Notes: a model not told the origin generated them from the sequence alone. Positions 28,699 to 38,865 are shown, counted from the first letter of the stretch. The stretch is 64,000 bases of DNA from Candidatus Omnitrophota bacterium (GCA_020429915.1 JAGQKV010000015.1:65593-129592); one strand, 5' to 3'. Translations and numbers: made by a program.

Positions 28699-29646
28699 AT
28701 GGACCTTCCCATCAGTAACGCCTGTCAACTCATGAAATCGGCCGCCGCCAATCTGGGGCAGGTCATTCACGGTAAAGAAGAAAAGATTGAACTCGTCATC
28801 CTCGCGCTGGTCGCCTCGGGCCATATCCTGATTGAAGATATCCCCGGAATCGGCAAGACAACACTGGCGCGTTCACTGGCCAAGACCATCGACGGGTCCT
28901 TCTCCCGGATTCAGTTCACGCCGGACCTGTTGCCCACCGACATCACAGGGATCAACATTTTCAACCAGTCCGACAGCACATTCTCGTTCAAGAAAGGGCC
29001 GCTTTTTGCCAACATCGTGCTCGCCGACGAGATCAACCGGGCCTCCCCGCGGACCCAGTCGGCGCTGCTGGAATCGATGAGTGAAAAGCAGGTGACCATC
29101 GACGGGACCAGCCATGTCCTGCCGCTTCCCTTTGTAGTTCTGGCCACACAAAACCCGGTGGAATATCACGGGACTTATCCGTTGCCCGAGGCACAGCTCG
29201 ACCGCTTTATGCTGCAGCTCGACCTGGGCTATCCGCCGCGGGATCTGGAAGAGCGTCTGATCATCGACCGGACCACCTCGGACCCGGTCAGTCAAATCGA
29301 TTCGGTGATCACGCTTGAGGACCTCGTCCGGCTGCGCGAACTTGTCGATCACATCCGGATCGAGGAATCGGTCAGCAATTATCTGATGGAAATCGTTCAG
29401 GAAACCCGGCGCAATCCGCAGATCAGCCTGGGAGTATCCACGCGCGGCGCGCTGTTGTATGCCCGCATGGTCCGTTCGCGGGCCCTCTTCTACGAACGGG
29501 ACTATGTTATCCCGGAGGATGTCAAGACACTGGCCGTCAACGTCCTGTCCCACCGCGTCCTGCTGGATACCAAGGCCCAGTACGGCGGAGTTACGCGTGA
29601 AAAGATTATCCACGACATCCTGAACTCCGTAAAGGTCCCCCGCTGA
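28699..29646 (+). CDS. moxR: MoxR-family AAA+ ATPase.
   Basis: Walker A GIGKTTLARSLA, Walker B VLADEINRASP and the AAA_3 architecture; 315 aa. Confidence 0.85.
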   Translation: MDLPISNACQLMKSAAANLGQVIHGKEEKIELVILALVASGHILIEDIPGIGKTTLARSLAKTIDGSFSRIQFTPDLLPTDITGINIFNQSDSTFSFKKGPLFANIVLADEINRASPRTQSALLESMSEKQVTIDGTSHVLPLPFVVLATQNPVEYHGTYPLPEAQLDRFMLQLDLGYPPRDLEERLIIDRTTSDPVSQIDSVITLEDLVRLRELVDHIRIEESVSNYLMEIVQETRRNPQISLGVSTRGALLYARMVRSRALFYERDYVIPEDVKTLAVNVLSHRVLLDTKAQYGGVTREKIIHDILNSVKVPR

Positions 29647-30890
29647 TGCGCAAACCGCGCTGGTCATTCTTCCTGCCCGCGCGTGACCATGCCTTTATCA
29701 AAATATTCACGGCCCTGAGTTATTCATGGTTGACGCCGATCGGCATCATCCTGATTACCGCCCTTTTCATCAGTACCGGTATCGCGTCACCGGGCCTGCA
29801 TATCTCCGCGTACTTATTGACATGCGTCATCCTGGCGCTGATGATCACGTCGGTTATTTTCTCGTTGTTCTTCATCCCGAAGGTCGAACTGTACCGGACG
29901 CTCCCTGATCCGCCGACTGCCGGTTCGTTTATGGTCTATGAGGTGACCGTCAAGAATGTCGGCCGCCGTCCCGTAAAGAACCTGGCGGTCAATGAAGGGG
30001 TCCTTCCCTACGGGTTATATTTCGCCTTTGAGAATCCCGCTTACAAGAATGAAGTGGCTTACCTGGCGCCGGGACAGTCGGCGACGGTCAGCCTGGTGAT
30101 CCAGTGCCCGATGCGCGGTATCTACAAGCTGCCGCGACTGTTTGTCGGCAGCGCTTATCCTTCCAACATCGTACGCTGGCCGGTCAAGGCAGGATCGGAA
30201 CAACCGCTGGTGGTCCACCCCGCCTACGTCTCGCAATCCCGCTTCCGGATCCCGATGAAAAGCATTTATCAGCCCGGCGGTGTCACCATCAGTTCCACCA
30301 TCGGAGATTCCAACGAGTTTTTCAGCACCCGGGAATATCGCCAGGGCGACCGCCTGCGGGACATCCACTGGCCGAGTTATGCGCACACCGGCAAATTGAT
30401 CGTGAAGGAGTACATCGATGAATATTACGTGAAGACGGCATTGATCCTCGATATCGAGTCGGCACGCCGCGACCGGACCGAATGGCTGGAACACCGCATT
30501 TCCCTCGCCGCCGGAATCACCGACGCCCTGGCCAACAAAGGTTTCTTGGTCGACCTTTTCGCCAACGGCGACAAATTGTACCAATTTCAACGCGGCAATC
30601 CGTATACGTATCAGGAAGAGATCCTGCATTTCATGGCGGGCACACCCGTTGCCAATACGGTAGACTTCGGCGTGCTTGAGGCGCAGCTGATGAAAACGGC
30701 GCATACGGTTTCCACCGCCATTATCATCCTCTCCGACTGGGACAAACTGCGCTCCGGACTGTGTCACGCATTGCGCAGCGCCGGGGTGACCTTACGCATA
30801 TTGATTGTCAATCCGAACGAACTGCACGAAACGCCGGATCTTGACGTCACCCTGGTACGGGATAACAATCCCAAGGTACTCGTCACATGA
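29646..30890 (+). CDS. DUF58 protein (MoxR partner, vWA-like).
   Basis: DUF58 signature EFFSTREYRQGDRLRDIHW, two N-terminal TM helices; overlaps the moxR stop. Confidence 0.7.
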   Translation: MRKPRWSFFLPARDHAFIKIFTALSYSWLTPIGIILITALFISTGIASPGLHISAYLLTCVILALMITSVIFSLFFIPKVELYRTLPDPPTAGSFMVYEVTVKNVGRRPVKNLAVNEGVLPYGLYFAFENPAYKNEVAYLAPGQSATVSLVIQCPMRGIYKLPRLFVGSAYPSNIVRWPVKAGSEQPLVVHPAYVSQSRFRIPMKSIYQPGGVTISSTIGDSNEFFSTREYRQGDRLRDIHWPSYAHTGKLIVKEYIDEYYVKTALILDIESARRDRTEWLEHRISLAAGITDALANKGFLVDLFANGDKLYQFQRGNPYTYQEEILHFMAGTPVANTVDFGVLEAQLMKTAHTVSTAIIILSDWDKLRSGLCHALRSAGVTLRILIVNPNELHETPDLDVTLVRDNNPKVLVT

Positions 30891-32881
30891 TGCAGGCCCT
30901 GACATACCACTTCGACCTCCCCCGCACCTTGGGTATCCTGGGCACCGCCTGGCTGGTGTATGCCACCTGCCAGGGCGATTATATCCTGCCGGCGGCCTGT
31001 TTCCTTATTGTCCTGGTCACGATCAAACAGGTCAGCAAAAACCAAAAGAAGAATCAGCCCCTCGAGAACAAATTTTCCTGGGCGACGGCCTTGAGTGTGT
31101 CCCTGCTCCTGGGCTGGATGTGGATCACGGTCAATCCGCGACAGTATGAATCCGACTTCATGCAGTCCTACGCCATCTTTATCCTGCAATCGGGTTCCTT
31201 GTTTCTGGTCCTTTTTCTGTGGTTCAGCCCGCGGTATTTATACCGCGCGTTTTTCTTGAAACTGCTGCCGTGGCTGACGGTGGCCTTGTCGGTGAACGTG
31301 GCCTTCACCCTGGCCTCGGTATTGTGTTTCGTGCTGTTTTGCGTGGTCAACGCCGGGGCCTTTATGACCCAGACGGGTGATACGAGCAACCTCCCGCCCC
31401 GCCCCAGAGAAGCCCTCTGGAGAAAGATCGCGCTGTTCACCATATTCACCGTGATCTCCGTCGGATTATTTGCCGGGTTTGTGTTGGCCTTTCATATCGG
31501 TGACGCCGTTTACACGCGGTTGATCAAGGACTACACCTTGATCTATCGCCGCCATCCGTTCTTCAGCTTCAGCCCGGTCATGGACATACGGGGTCCCGGG
31601 ATCAGCGGCAACGACATCCGCCCCGTACTCGAAGTGGAGCGCGCCAACCGCGCGTCGCTCTATCTGCATACGCAATATTTTAAAGATTATAACGACGGAA
31701 AATGGATCGCGCCTGAAGATGTGATGCGTTACGCCCTGCCTGAACAACATGCCGACGGTGACGAGACTCTGGCCCTGAATATGCTGGTGACCCTGAAAGA
31801 CATCGTCCCCGTCCCCCGCGGAACCAAGAACGTCGTCGGCTATAACGGTCCGTACGAACAGGATCGCCAAGGACTGGTGTACAGCCTGCAGAAGAGCATT
31901 CACCAGGTCACCATCAGCCGGCATGAGGAACCACGCCTGGTGCATAACCGCGTGGACGACTTGAATGACTACAGCTACCTCAATCCGGAATTCAAGGCAC
32001 GGCTGCGTCCGTTCCTCAAACAAATCGTCGGAAACGAGACCGATCCGGGGCGCATGGCGCGTCTGATCCAGGCGCATTTCCTGAGGAACTATACCTACTC
32101 GCTCGACGTCTCCTTTGAGGCCAATGAAATGGGAATTATTTACATCCTGGCCCGGAGACCGCCGGTCTACTGTTCCTTCTTTGCCTCGACCATGGCCGTT
32201 TTATTGCGGGCCGCCGACATACCGAGCCGGTTGACGGTCGGATTTCTTGCGACGGAGCGGATCGGGAAAGAAGAGGAGCGGTTCCTCGTGCGCGTCCGCG
32301 ACGCCCACGCTTGGGTGGAGGCCTATCTGCCGGATCCGCAACACCCCGGCAACTTCAGTTGGCAGCGTTTTGATCCGACACCTCCCGACCGGCTGAGAGT
32401 TTTAAACGACGGCCGGGCGATCAACCGCATCGCCGACGCCATCTATCTGGCGATCCTCCGTTTTCGTTCGAATTTTAAGAATCTGGAGAGTGAAAAACTT
32501 TTGGTGTGGCTGGTGATGGTCCTGTTCGTGCTGGTTCTTATCCGAAACCATCGCGAGATATGGTATTTCATACGCTGGTGCTTCTCCCCCAACCGCAAGC
32601 AGCTGCGGCGCCGAAAACCGGTCTGTAAGGATTACATCAAGACCTACCATGACCTGGAACTGGTCCTGCGTAGAAACTTCCGCACCCGGCAGCTGATGCA
32701 TGAAACGCACAGCGACCTCATCCGCCGGCTGCGGATCCATCATCCCGCTCAAGACACGCTCATCGATATGATCGAAGATTTCTTCCGGCTGTATCAAGAC
32801 AACCGCTTCGGCGACAAACAGCGGCCGCACTTGCCGGATAAACTCCGCGCGATCAAACACGCCTCCACCGGACGGACGTAA
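30887..32881 (+). CDS. Transglutaminase-like membrane protein, DUF3488-TGase-DUF4129 type.
   Basis: N-terminal multi-TM region; TGase core Cys in VYCSFFASTMAVLLRAADIPSRL, then DAHAWVEAYL; C-terminal TM plus basic tail. Confidence 0.7.
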   Translation: MMQALTYHFDLPRTLGILGTAWLVYATCQGDYILPAACFLIVLVTIKQVSKNQKKNQPLENKFSWATALSVSLLLGWMWITVNPRQYESDFMQSYAIFILQSGSLFLVLFLWFSPRYLYRAFFLKLLPWLTVALSVNVAFTLASVLCFVLFCVVNAGAFMTQTGDTSNLPPRPREALWRKIALFTIFTVISVGLFAGFVLAFHIGDAVYTRLIKDYTLIYRRHPFFSFSPVMDIRGPGISGNDIRPVLEVERANRASLYLHTQYFKDYNDGKWIAPEDVMRYALPEQHADGDETLALNMLVTLKDIVPVPRGTKNVVGYNGPYEQDRQGLVYSLQKSIHQVTISRHEEPRLVHNRVDDLNDYSYLNPEFKARLRPFLKQIVGNETDPGRMARLIQAHFLRNYTYSLDVSFEANEMGIIYILARRPPVYCSFFASTMAVLLRAADIPSRLTVGFLATERIGKEEERFLVRVRDAHAWVEAYLPDPQHPGNFSWQRFDPTPPDRLRVLNDGRAINRIADAIYLAILRFRSNFKNLESEKLLVWLVMVLFVLVLIRNHREIWYFIRWCFSPNRKQLRRRKPVCKDYIKTYHDLELVLRRNFRTRQLMHETHSDLIRRLRIHHPAQDTLIDMIEDFFRLYQDNRFGDKQRPHLPDKLRAIKHASTGRT

Positions 32882-32895
32882 TCAATCAAGAATGT

Positions 32896-33336
32896 TTAGA
32901 GATACTCAATGCGGATGGGGATCAATCCCTGGCGCGTGGGAGCGATCTGGGAGAAGGCCGCCTCGGTCAGATCGATGATGCGTCCCTGCTGGAGAAACCG
33001 CGGGTGCGGTCCGCGATCATTCACCCGGACCTCAACCGATTTGCCGTTATCGAGATTGGTGACCCGCAGACGCTGATTAAACGGCGCTCCCCACATGGCG
33101 CAGGTCATGGCCCTGTCATCGAAGACTTCGTTGTTGGCGGTGTGCTTGCGGATACCGGGGGAATTCTTGGAGTACCACGACGCCTTGCCCGTCAAAATAT
33201 AACGGGCATCGTGGGCCATGGACACTTGATAAAACTCCGGATTCACCGTGGACCGGGCATCGGAGCGGGTTTGAGGCAGGACCGCCAGGGCGGCCACCAA
33301 AGACAGGATTATGCCATAAGATAATTGTTTGTGCAT
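32896..33336 (-). CDS. rlpA: RlpA-like double-psi beta-barrel protein (septal ring lytic transglycosylase RlpA family).
   Basis: GKASWYS...RVTNLDNGKSVEVRVNDRGPHPRFLQQGRIIDLTEAAF matches the DPBB_1 signature. Start set at MHKQLS, which has a signal peptide. Confidence 0.7.
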   Translation of the reverse strand: MHKQLSYGIILSLVAALAVLPQTRSDARSTVNPEFYQVSMAHDARYILTGKASWYSKNSPGIRKHTANNEVFDDRAMTCAMWGAPFNQRLRVTNLDNGKSVEVRVNDRGPHPRFLQQGRIIDLTEAAFSQIAPTRQGLIPIRIEYL

Positions 33337-33489
33337 ACGTGTTCCCCCCGAACAACTTTTCCAATATAGCACAACGGAAAAGTGGCCAACAAGCAGTCTT
33401 TGAGCTGCAGGGGGAATATAAAAACAAACATGACAACAATTTACAATCTGACTTAAATATTTTGGCGGGTTCCGGAGAAATGGGTGCGG

Positions 33490-34164
33490 TTAATGCGCAT
33501 CCCCGGGTTTGCGAGCCCTCACCATCTCCCTCTTCCCCGGCGGACCCGGAATTTTCTCGACGAGAAAGCCGACAGCAGTGAGTGCCCGACGGACTGAACC
33601 CCGGCTACTGTAGGTGACCAGCACCGCTCCCGGAGTGCAGCACTGATATATCCGCGCGAAAACCGCCTCCGTCCACATCTCTGGCTGGACCGCCGGCGAG
33701 AAGGCATCGTAGTACACCAAATCAAACGTTGGAGGGCCCTGAAGTTCCTGTACGGTCTGCCGCCGTTTGGTCACCGTCATACCGGCCTCCAACTCAAAGT
33801 CGATTTCCCACGGACCGCCGTGCAATAGTCGGAACAGCCGGAAAGCCGCGGCGCCCAGCGCAGGCGCGTAGTCGAGCCGCTCAACATCGGTATCCGGCAA
33901 TGGATCCGGTTCCAGGGCGGTGTACCGCACAGACCGGCCGGCGCGGTGAGCCGCCGTTAATATGCAGTTGAGCCCCGTTCCCAAGCCGACTTCCAATAAA
34001 CGCACCTCCTGGGAACATGCCCTAACGCAGGTCAGTCCGCTTTCAATAAAGACATGGCGCGATTCCTGCACGGCACCGTAAGTGGAATGGTAATGATCTC
34101 CGTACTGGCGGGAGTACAAGGTGGGCGATCCGTCCTGCGTCGTGACGATGTCTCTTTGCGACAC
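33490..34164 (-). CDS. MnmC-like SAM-dependent methyltransferase domain protein (DUF752). Start uncertain.
   Basis: TQDGSPTLYS...YHS..GA..ESRHVFI...EVGLGTGLN matches the MnmC C-terminal methyltransferase family. Start may be the GTG at 34164 or an upstream ATG overlapping the previous gene. Confidence 0.55.
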   Translation of the reverse strand: MSQRDIVTTQDGSPTLYSRQYGDHYHSTYGAVQESRHVFIESGLTCVRACSQEVRLLEVGLGTGLNCILTAAHRAGRSVRYTALEPDPLPDTDVERLDYAPALGAAAFRLFRLLHGGPWEIDFELEAGMTVTKRRQTVQELQGPPTFDLVYYDAFSPAVQPEMWTEAVFARIYQCCTPGAVLVTYSSRGSVRRALTAVGFLVEKIPGPPGKREMVRARKPGDAH

Positions 34165-34168
34165 GCTA

Positions 34169-35719
34169 TCAGGCCATACCGGTTTCGGTGAGCGTCTGCT
34201 CTTTGACCTCGAGGACTTTCTTGAGGTCATCGAGCGTGAACAGGCCACCGGCTTTCTGCGCCTGTTCCTGGATAAATTTCAGCAGATTCTCGTCGTCGAT
34301 GAACATTTCACCGGTATTCTTCCCCGAAGATTGCCGGAACTGATCTTCCAGATCGAGGATCATGGTGATGTCGCTGCTGGTAAATTTCCGCTTAATAGCG
34401 TCGGGAAGATGCTGGAAGGTCAACGAAGACACCACCTGAATATCGGCCTCCTCCTCACCGTCCTTCTTTCTCGACCGGGCTTGGGATTGCTGGCTGAGGA
34501 GGACCAGCAGCAGGACGACACACAAGCCCATCACCATATAATCCCGGTAGCTTAGCGCGGACATAAAATCCATGAACCCCATCCCTTTGACGGTCGGTTG
34601 GGGTATGGCCGCGATGCGAGCGGCCAGTTCTTTTTCGGACAGGACCTGGACTTCGGCGGGCGGATCGACGGCCTCTATTTGCGGGTTGCTCGCGGCGGCC
34701 CGCGCAGCGGCGAGCGGCGGAGGCATTCTCGACTCCGCGGTTTCGTGCGCGGCCGCTTCGGTCCGTTCACTCATCTGTGGTTCGGGGGCGACGACCATTT
34801 TCTCTACCATACCTTCGGTTCCGGGAACCGATTGAAAATCGAATGTCGCCCCATCAGCCACACGGCGTTGAACAGCCTCATCCATCAGCGCGTCGACGTC
34901 CGCCTGATCAATCATCCGGTCAAAAGTGGTCACCCGGGCGCGTAATTGTTGCTTATTGCGCTGAATGATTGATGAGACCTCAAACCGGTCCTGCGCGGTC
35001 TGCCCTTCGTTGATAACACCTTCCAGTATATTGACCTCCCGCATAGCATCCTCAATCAGGGCCTGCGCCTTCAGTTTGGCCGCCAGCTTGACCTGATTCG
35101 GGGCTTCTTCCACGGAGTCAACCATCGCCTGTTCGATCAGAAATCCGGCCTTTTCCTGGGCCACGCGTCTGACGTCCTCCGGGACTTCGTCGATCGAATC
35201 AAGCGCGGTGGTCCGCACCGTCTCCTCGAGCAGGCTGTTGGCGATCTCCCGGGCGGCCGACTTGACGTTATCGGGCGTATCATTCAATGACGCCATGGCC
35301 GAGGCCAGCAGGTCCGAAGCCTTCTGTTCGGCGACCCGCTTGACATTCTCCGGCGCTTCCTCGAGTGTCGGGGTGAGCACACTCTGCATAGCCTGTTCCA
35401 GCAGCGTCATCGCCATTTGTTTGGCGGCCAGCTTGATATCATCAGGGACATCGTCGAGATTCTCGACAGAGACATAGTCCATCACTTCGGCGGCGGGGAT
35501 CGCGTTGTCCTTACCGATCACCACACGGTCGACATTCTCCACCAGAAACTCGCGTTCGGGATCCCCGAGAAAACGGGGTTCGACACGGATGTAGATCGGC
35601 GTCCGTTGAACGACTTTACGGTTGCGGATGATGCGGCCGGACTTCAGATAGATAGTATCGGCCGCCGCCTGTCCGCAGGCCAGTCCGAAAATGATTATCG
35701 TGAAGAGTAGTTTTTTCAA
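34169..35719 (-). CDS. Signal-peptide and single-TM protein with five tandem ~27-aa helical repeats. Hypothetical.
   Basis: Repeats of the form [DE][DE][VAT]P[DE][DN][VI][KR]..A.....L[LI]E.AM (DDVPDDIKLAAKQMAMTLLEQAM, EEAPENVKRVAEQKASDLLASAM, NDTPDNVKSAAREIANSLLEETV, DEVPEDVRRVAQEKAGFLIEQAM, EEAPNQVKLAAKLKAQALIEDAM). A TM helix (MVMGLCVVLLLVLL) and a ~110-aa tail follow. Confidence 0.6.
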   Translation of the reverse strand: MKKLLFTIIIFGLACGQAAADTIYLKSGRIIRNRKVVQRTPIYIRVEPRFLGDPEREFLVENVDRVVIGKDNAIPAAEVMDYVSVENLDDVPDDIKLAAKQMAMTLLEQAMQSVLTPTLEEAPENVKRVAEQKASDLLASAMASLNDTPDNVKSAAREIANSLLEETVRTTALDSIDEVPEDVRRVAQEKAGFLIEQAMVDSVEEAPNQVKLAAKLKAQALIEDAMREVNILEGVINEGQTAQDRFEVSSIIQRNKQQLRARVTTFDRMIDQADVDALMDEAVQRRVADGATFDFQSVPGTEGMVEKMVVAPEPQMSERTEAAAHETAESRMPPPLAAARAAASNPQIEAVDPPAEVQVLSEKELAARIAAIPQPTVKGMGFMDFMSALSYRDYMVMGLCVVLLLVLLSQQSQARSRKKDGEEEADIQVVSSLTFQHLPDAIKRKFTSSDITMILDLEDQFRQSSGKNTGEMFIDDENLLKFIQEQAQKAGGLFTLDDLKKVLEVKEQTLTETGMA

Positions 35720-35834
35720 GATTAGTCCAACTCCATTATATTAACGCTCTTCATTATAAGGACTAACGCACAACGCTCCCAACTATTTTTCCAAATTCTG
35801 AATCACGCATATCGACTTAAGGTGCGTCCGATGG

Positions 35835-37166
35835 TTACTGCTTGATGTAAGGGAGTATGTAGTGGTTTTGGAAATCCGGCATACGCCGTTCCAGCATCGG
35901 ACATTCATCACAGGTGTGAACTTTGATATTACAAATTTTCAAAGGACAGGTTACCGTCCGGTTTTGCAGGGCCAGCACCACGCGCTGCAGGCGGTAGGCG
36001 GATCGGCCCTTCACAAGTATAACATCTCCCGGCTGCATCATGCCACGCACCGTCTCGGCGAGCTTTTCCCAGTCGGAAGACTTCAAAACGACGAGATTTT
36101 CCCGCGCCATACCCGCACGGTGGGCCGCATTTCGAGCCTTGAGCAAATCGCTTCCGGAGCCGAAAAAAACCGCGGCGTCCGCGGCCCGGCTGATCGCCTC
36201 CCCGAAGTGGCGGTAGGTCTCGGCGCGTGATCCCGGAGGATCCTCTATATCCCCGCAAACCACAATTTTGCGCCCGGCATCGACCTGCTCCAGGGTGGCG
36301 CAGGCCGTGAGCCAGGAGTCGAATCCGCCTTTGCAGGTATCGTCCATAATCCGGCAATCATTCTCTAAATCTATACATTCCAGTCGATTAGGAGTTGGTA
36401 AGAGATCGGCCAGGCGCTCAATCGCGACCGGAATATCCGCATCCCAACAGACGGCAGCCGCCAGCCCGGCCAGCAAGGAATACCAGAAATGTCGTCCGAA
36501 CATCCGCGTCCGAACGTTCCAGATTTGATCCCGGTAGGCCACCCGACCCGTCATGCCGTGCGGCCAGTCAAACTGAAAATCCAGTAGCCGTACGTCACAG
36601 TCCTCCCCGAAGCCGTAGAATATGACCCGCACCCGGGTCTGGGAAGCCATCCACCGGATATGTGGATCGTCGCCATTGAGGACCGCCCATCCCGCGGGTG
36701 GCAAAGCCCGGATTATTTTGACCTTCTCGTCGCGGATCTCTTCCTGCGACTTGAACGTCCGGAAATGCTCCCAGGCAATCGCCGTGGCCACGACCATATC
36801 CGGTTTCAGAATATACGAGTTATCATCCATCATTCCGGGATAGGCAATGCCGGCCTCCAGGACGGCGTGCGGATCCCACGGCCGGACGGCGAGCAAGTTG
36901 CAGGCCAGACTGCTTCCATAGTTGCTGTACCACGGTTGACGGACCGGACCGCCCACGGCGGCACGGACGGCCCGGGTGGTGGTCGTTTTTCCCAGGGATC
37001 CGATGACCGCGCAGACACGGGGCTTGCGTAATACGATACGCCGGTAAGCCCGGGCTAATTTTATCATCACCGAAAAAACCGGACGGCTGTCAAAGAACTT
37101 GCGCAGGAAAATCCGGTATCCCCCCCGGATACCGGCCAACTCGATAAAGTCGATCAATTTCGCCAT
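35835..37166 (-). CDS. Mur ligase family protein, MurF-like and standalone.
   Basis: P-loop AVIGSLGKTTTT, VLNGDDP, and the C-terminal Mur-ligase domain (KIVVCGDIEDPPGS). A Cys-rich tail CPLKICNIKVHTCDECP. No other mur genes are nearby. Confidence 0.6.
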   Translation of the reverse strand: MAKLIDFIELAGIRGGYRIFLRKFFDSRPVFSVMIKLARAYRRIVLRKPRVCAVIGSLGKTTTTRAVRAAVGGPVRQPWYSNYGSSLACNLLAVRPWDPHAVLEAGIAYPGMMDDNSYILKPDMVVATAIAWEHFRTFKSQEEIRDEKVKIIRALPPAGWAVLNGDDPHIRWMASQTRVRVIFYGFGEDCDVRLLDFQFDWPHGMTGRVAYRDQIWNVRTRMFGRHFWYSLLAGLAAAVCWDADIPVAIERLADLLPTPNRLECIDLENDCRIMDDTCKGGFDSWLTACATLEQVDAGRKIVVCGDIEDPPGSRAETYRHFGEAISRAADAAVFFGSGSDLLKARNAAHRAGMARENLVVLKSSDWEKLAETVRGMMQPGDVILVKGRSAYRLQRVVLALQNRTVTCPLKICNIKVHTCDECPMLERRMPDFQNHYILPYIKQ

Positions 37167-37244
37167 AGTTTCAGCATATCATCTCAATAAAAAAAGGGTA
37201 TATCTTTCGATATACCCTTTCCGAAACTGCCCGGGAAAACCCGG

Positions 37245-37943
37245 TTAATTGCTGATATCTTTGCGTTTAGTATTGAGCACGTCGCGTTTGTGTTTGACGA
37301 TGCGCGCCTGCACCATGTAGATAACATCCTCGGCGATGGCGGCCGCATGATCGCAAATACGTTCCAAATCGCGGGTCAACAGCAACAGGGGAACGGCCCT
37401 GGTGACCGTGGTGGTATCTTTGACCATATAGTCGTAGATCAACTCCTGAATCACCAAAGTACGCAGCTGATTGGCCTCCTTATCGGATAAAATCACGTCG
37501 AGCGCCATTTTCTCGTCATGCTTCACGAACGAGTCGATCGCCGCGCGGACCATAAACTTGGCTTGAGCGGCTAACTTTGGGATATCGATCAGCGGTTTGA
37601 GCAGCGGTTGGTCGGATAGTTCGAGGACCCGCTGGGAAATGTTGACGGTAAGGTCCGCTATCCGCTCCAACTCGGTATTGATGTGCATGGCGGTGGTCAT
37701 AAACCGCAGGTCACCGGCAAACGGCTGGTAAAGAGCCAAAGCATCAATGATTCGTTCCTCGACGGTGTTTTCCATCTCGTCGATGGCTTGATCATGCATG
37801 ATCACCTGAGAGGCCATCCGCGCATCCTGCTTGGTGAGGGCTTCAATAGACAGATGGATCGCCTCTTCCACCATAATGGCCATCTTCAACAAATCCGTCT
37901 TGATGGCTTCCAGTTCTTCGTCAACATGCCTACGTTCGATGAT
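37245..37943 (-). CDS. phoU: Phosphate transport system regulatory protein PhoU.
   Basis: Two PhoU repeats (E..RIADL..NI and E.ERICDHAAAIAE). The N-terminus probably begins ~20 codons upstream of the first ATG/TTG; an AAGGAGG SD sits 5 nt before an in-frame ATC, so the exact start is uncertain. Confidence 0.75.
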   Translation of the reverse strand: MIERRHVDEELEAIKTDLLKMAIMVEEAIHLSIEALTKQDARMASQVIMHDQAIDEMENTVEERIIDALALYQPFAGDLRFMTTAMHINTELERIADLTVNISQRVLELSDQPLLKPLIDIPKLAAQAKFMVRAAIDSFVKHDEKMALDVILSDKEANQLRTLVIQELIYDYMVKDTTTVTRAVPLLLLTRDLERICDHAAAIAEDVIYMVQARIVKHKRDVLNTKRKDISN

Positions 37944-37970
37944 GACTACCTCCTTGGTCGGGCCTGACCA

Positions 37971-38861
37971 TTAACCGAACCGGCCCGTAACATAATCTTC
38001 GGTCGTTTTGCGGGTGGGATTGGTAAATATTTTTGTGGTCAAGTCGTATTCATACAACTCACCGAGCATAAAGAACGCGGTGTAATCGGAGACGCGCGCG
38101 GCCTGCTGCATATTGTGCGTGACAATAATAATGGTGTAGTCCTTCTTCAACTCGTGAATCAACTCTTCGATCTTCGCCGTCGCGATAGGATCCAGCGCCG
38201 AGGCCGGTTCGTCCAACAACAGCACTTGCGGCTCAACCGCCAATGCCCGTGCGATACACAGGCGTTGCTGCTGCCCCCCGGACAGCGCGAAGGCACTCTT
38301 GTTAAGACGGTCTTTTACCTCCTCCCACAGTGCGGCGTGGCGTAAGCTGCGTTCGACGGTCTGTTCGATCTTGCTTTTGTCTTTGATGCCGTTAATCTTC
38401 ATTCCGTACGCCACGTTATCGAAGATCGACTTGGGAAAGGGATTAGACTTCTGAAAGACCATCCCCACATTCCGACGCAAGTCGACCACGTCGAGATCTT
38501 TATCAAAGATGTTCTTGCGGTCGATTTCAATGGTCCCTTCGTAGCGGGTACCGTTGATGGTATCGTTCATCCGGTTAAAACAGCGCAGAAAAGTCGACTT
38601 ACCGCATCCGGAAGGGCCGATGATCCCCACGACGGAGTTGGTAATGACCTCCATGTTGATCGACTTCAGGGCCTGATGATTTCCGTAATAAAAATTGAAA
38701 TTCTCGACCATGATCTTAATTTCACCCTTAATACGGGCCTCACTGTGGCGGTCTTCTGCGGTCATAACTTTTTCCTCACCGGCCGGGAACGAGTCGGCTG
38801 ATATTTTCGGGGGCGCAATTTTGTTCTTTTTCTCGATCGAATTAGTAAATATCTCAGACAT
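37971..38861 (-). CDS. pstB: Phosphate ABC transporter ATP-binding protein PstB.
   Basis: Walker [13 protein letters not shown] signature [16 protein letters not shown], Walker [12 protein letters not shown]. Start set at MSEIF..., 5 nt after the pstA stop. Confidence 0.9.
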   Translation of the reverse strand: MSEIFTNSIEKKNKIAPPKISADSFPAGEEKVMTAEDRHSEARIKGEIKIMVENFNFYYGNHQALKSINMEVITNSVVGIIGPSGCGKSTFLRCFNRMNDTINGTRYEGTIEIDRKNIFDKDLDVVDLRRNVGMVFQKSNPFPKSIFDNVAYGMKINGIKDKSKIEQTVERSLRHAALWEEVKDRLNKSAFALSGGQQQRLCIARALAVEPQVLLLDEPASALDPIATAKIEELIHELKKDYTIIIVTHNMQQAARVSDYTAFFMLGELYEYDLTTKIFTNPTRKTTEDYVTGRFG

Positions 38862-38865
38862 AGTA

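Noticed and set aside
33490-34248. ORF-track start of the MnmC-like gene at 34248
   Set aside because: It would overlap the upstream gene by about 80 nt with no SD. The GTG 4 nt after the upstream stop is used as the provisional start; the true start remains uncertain.
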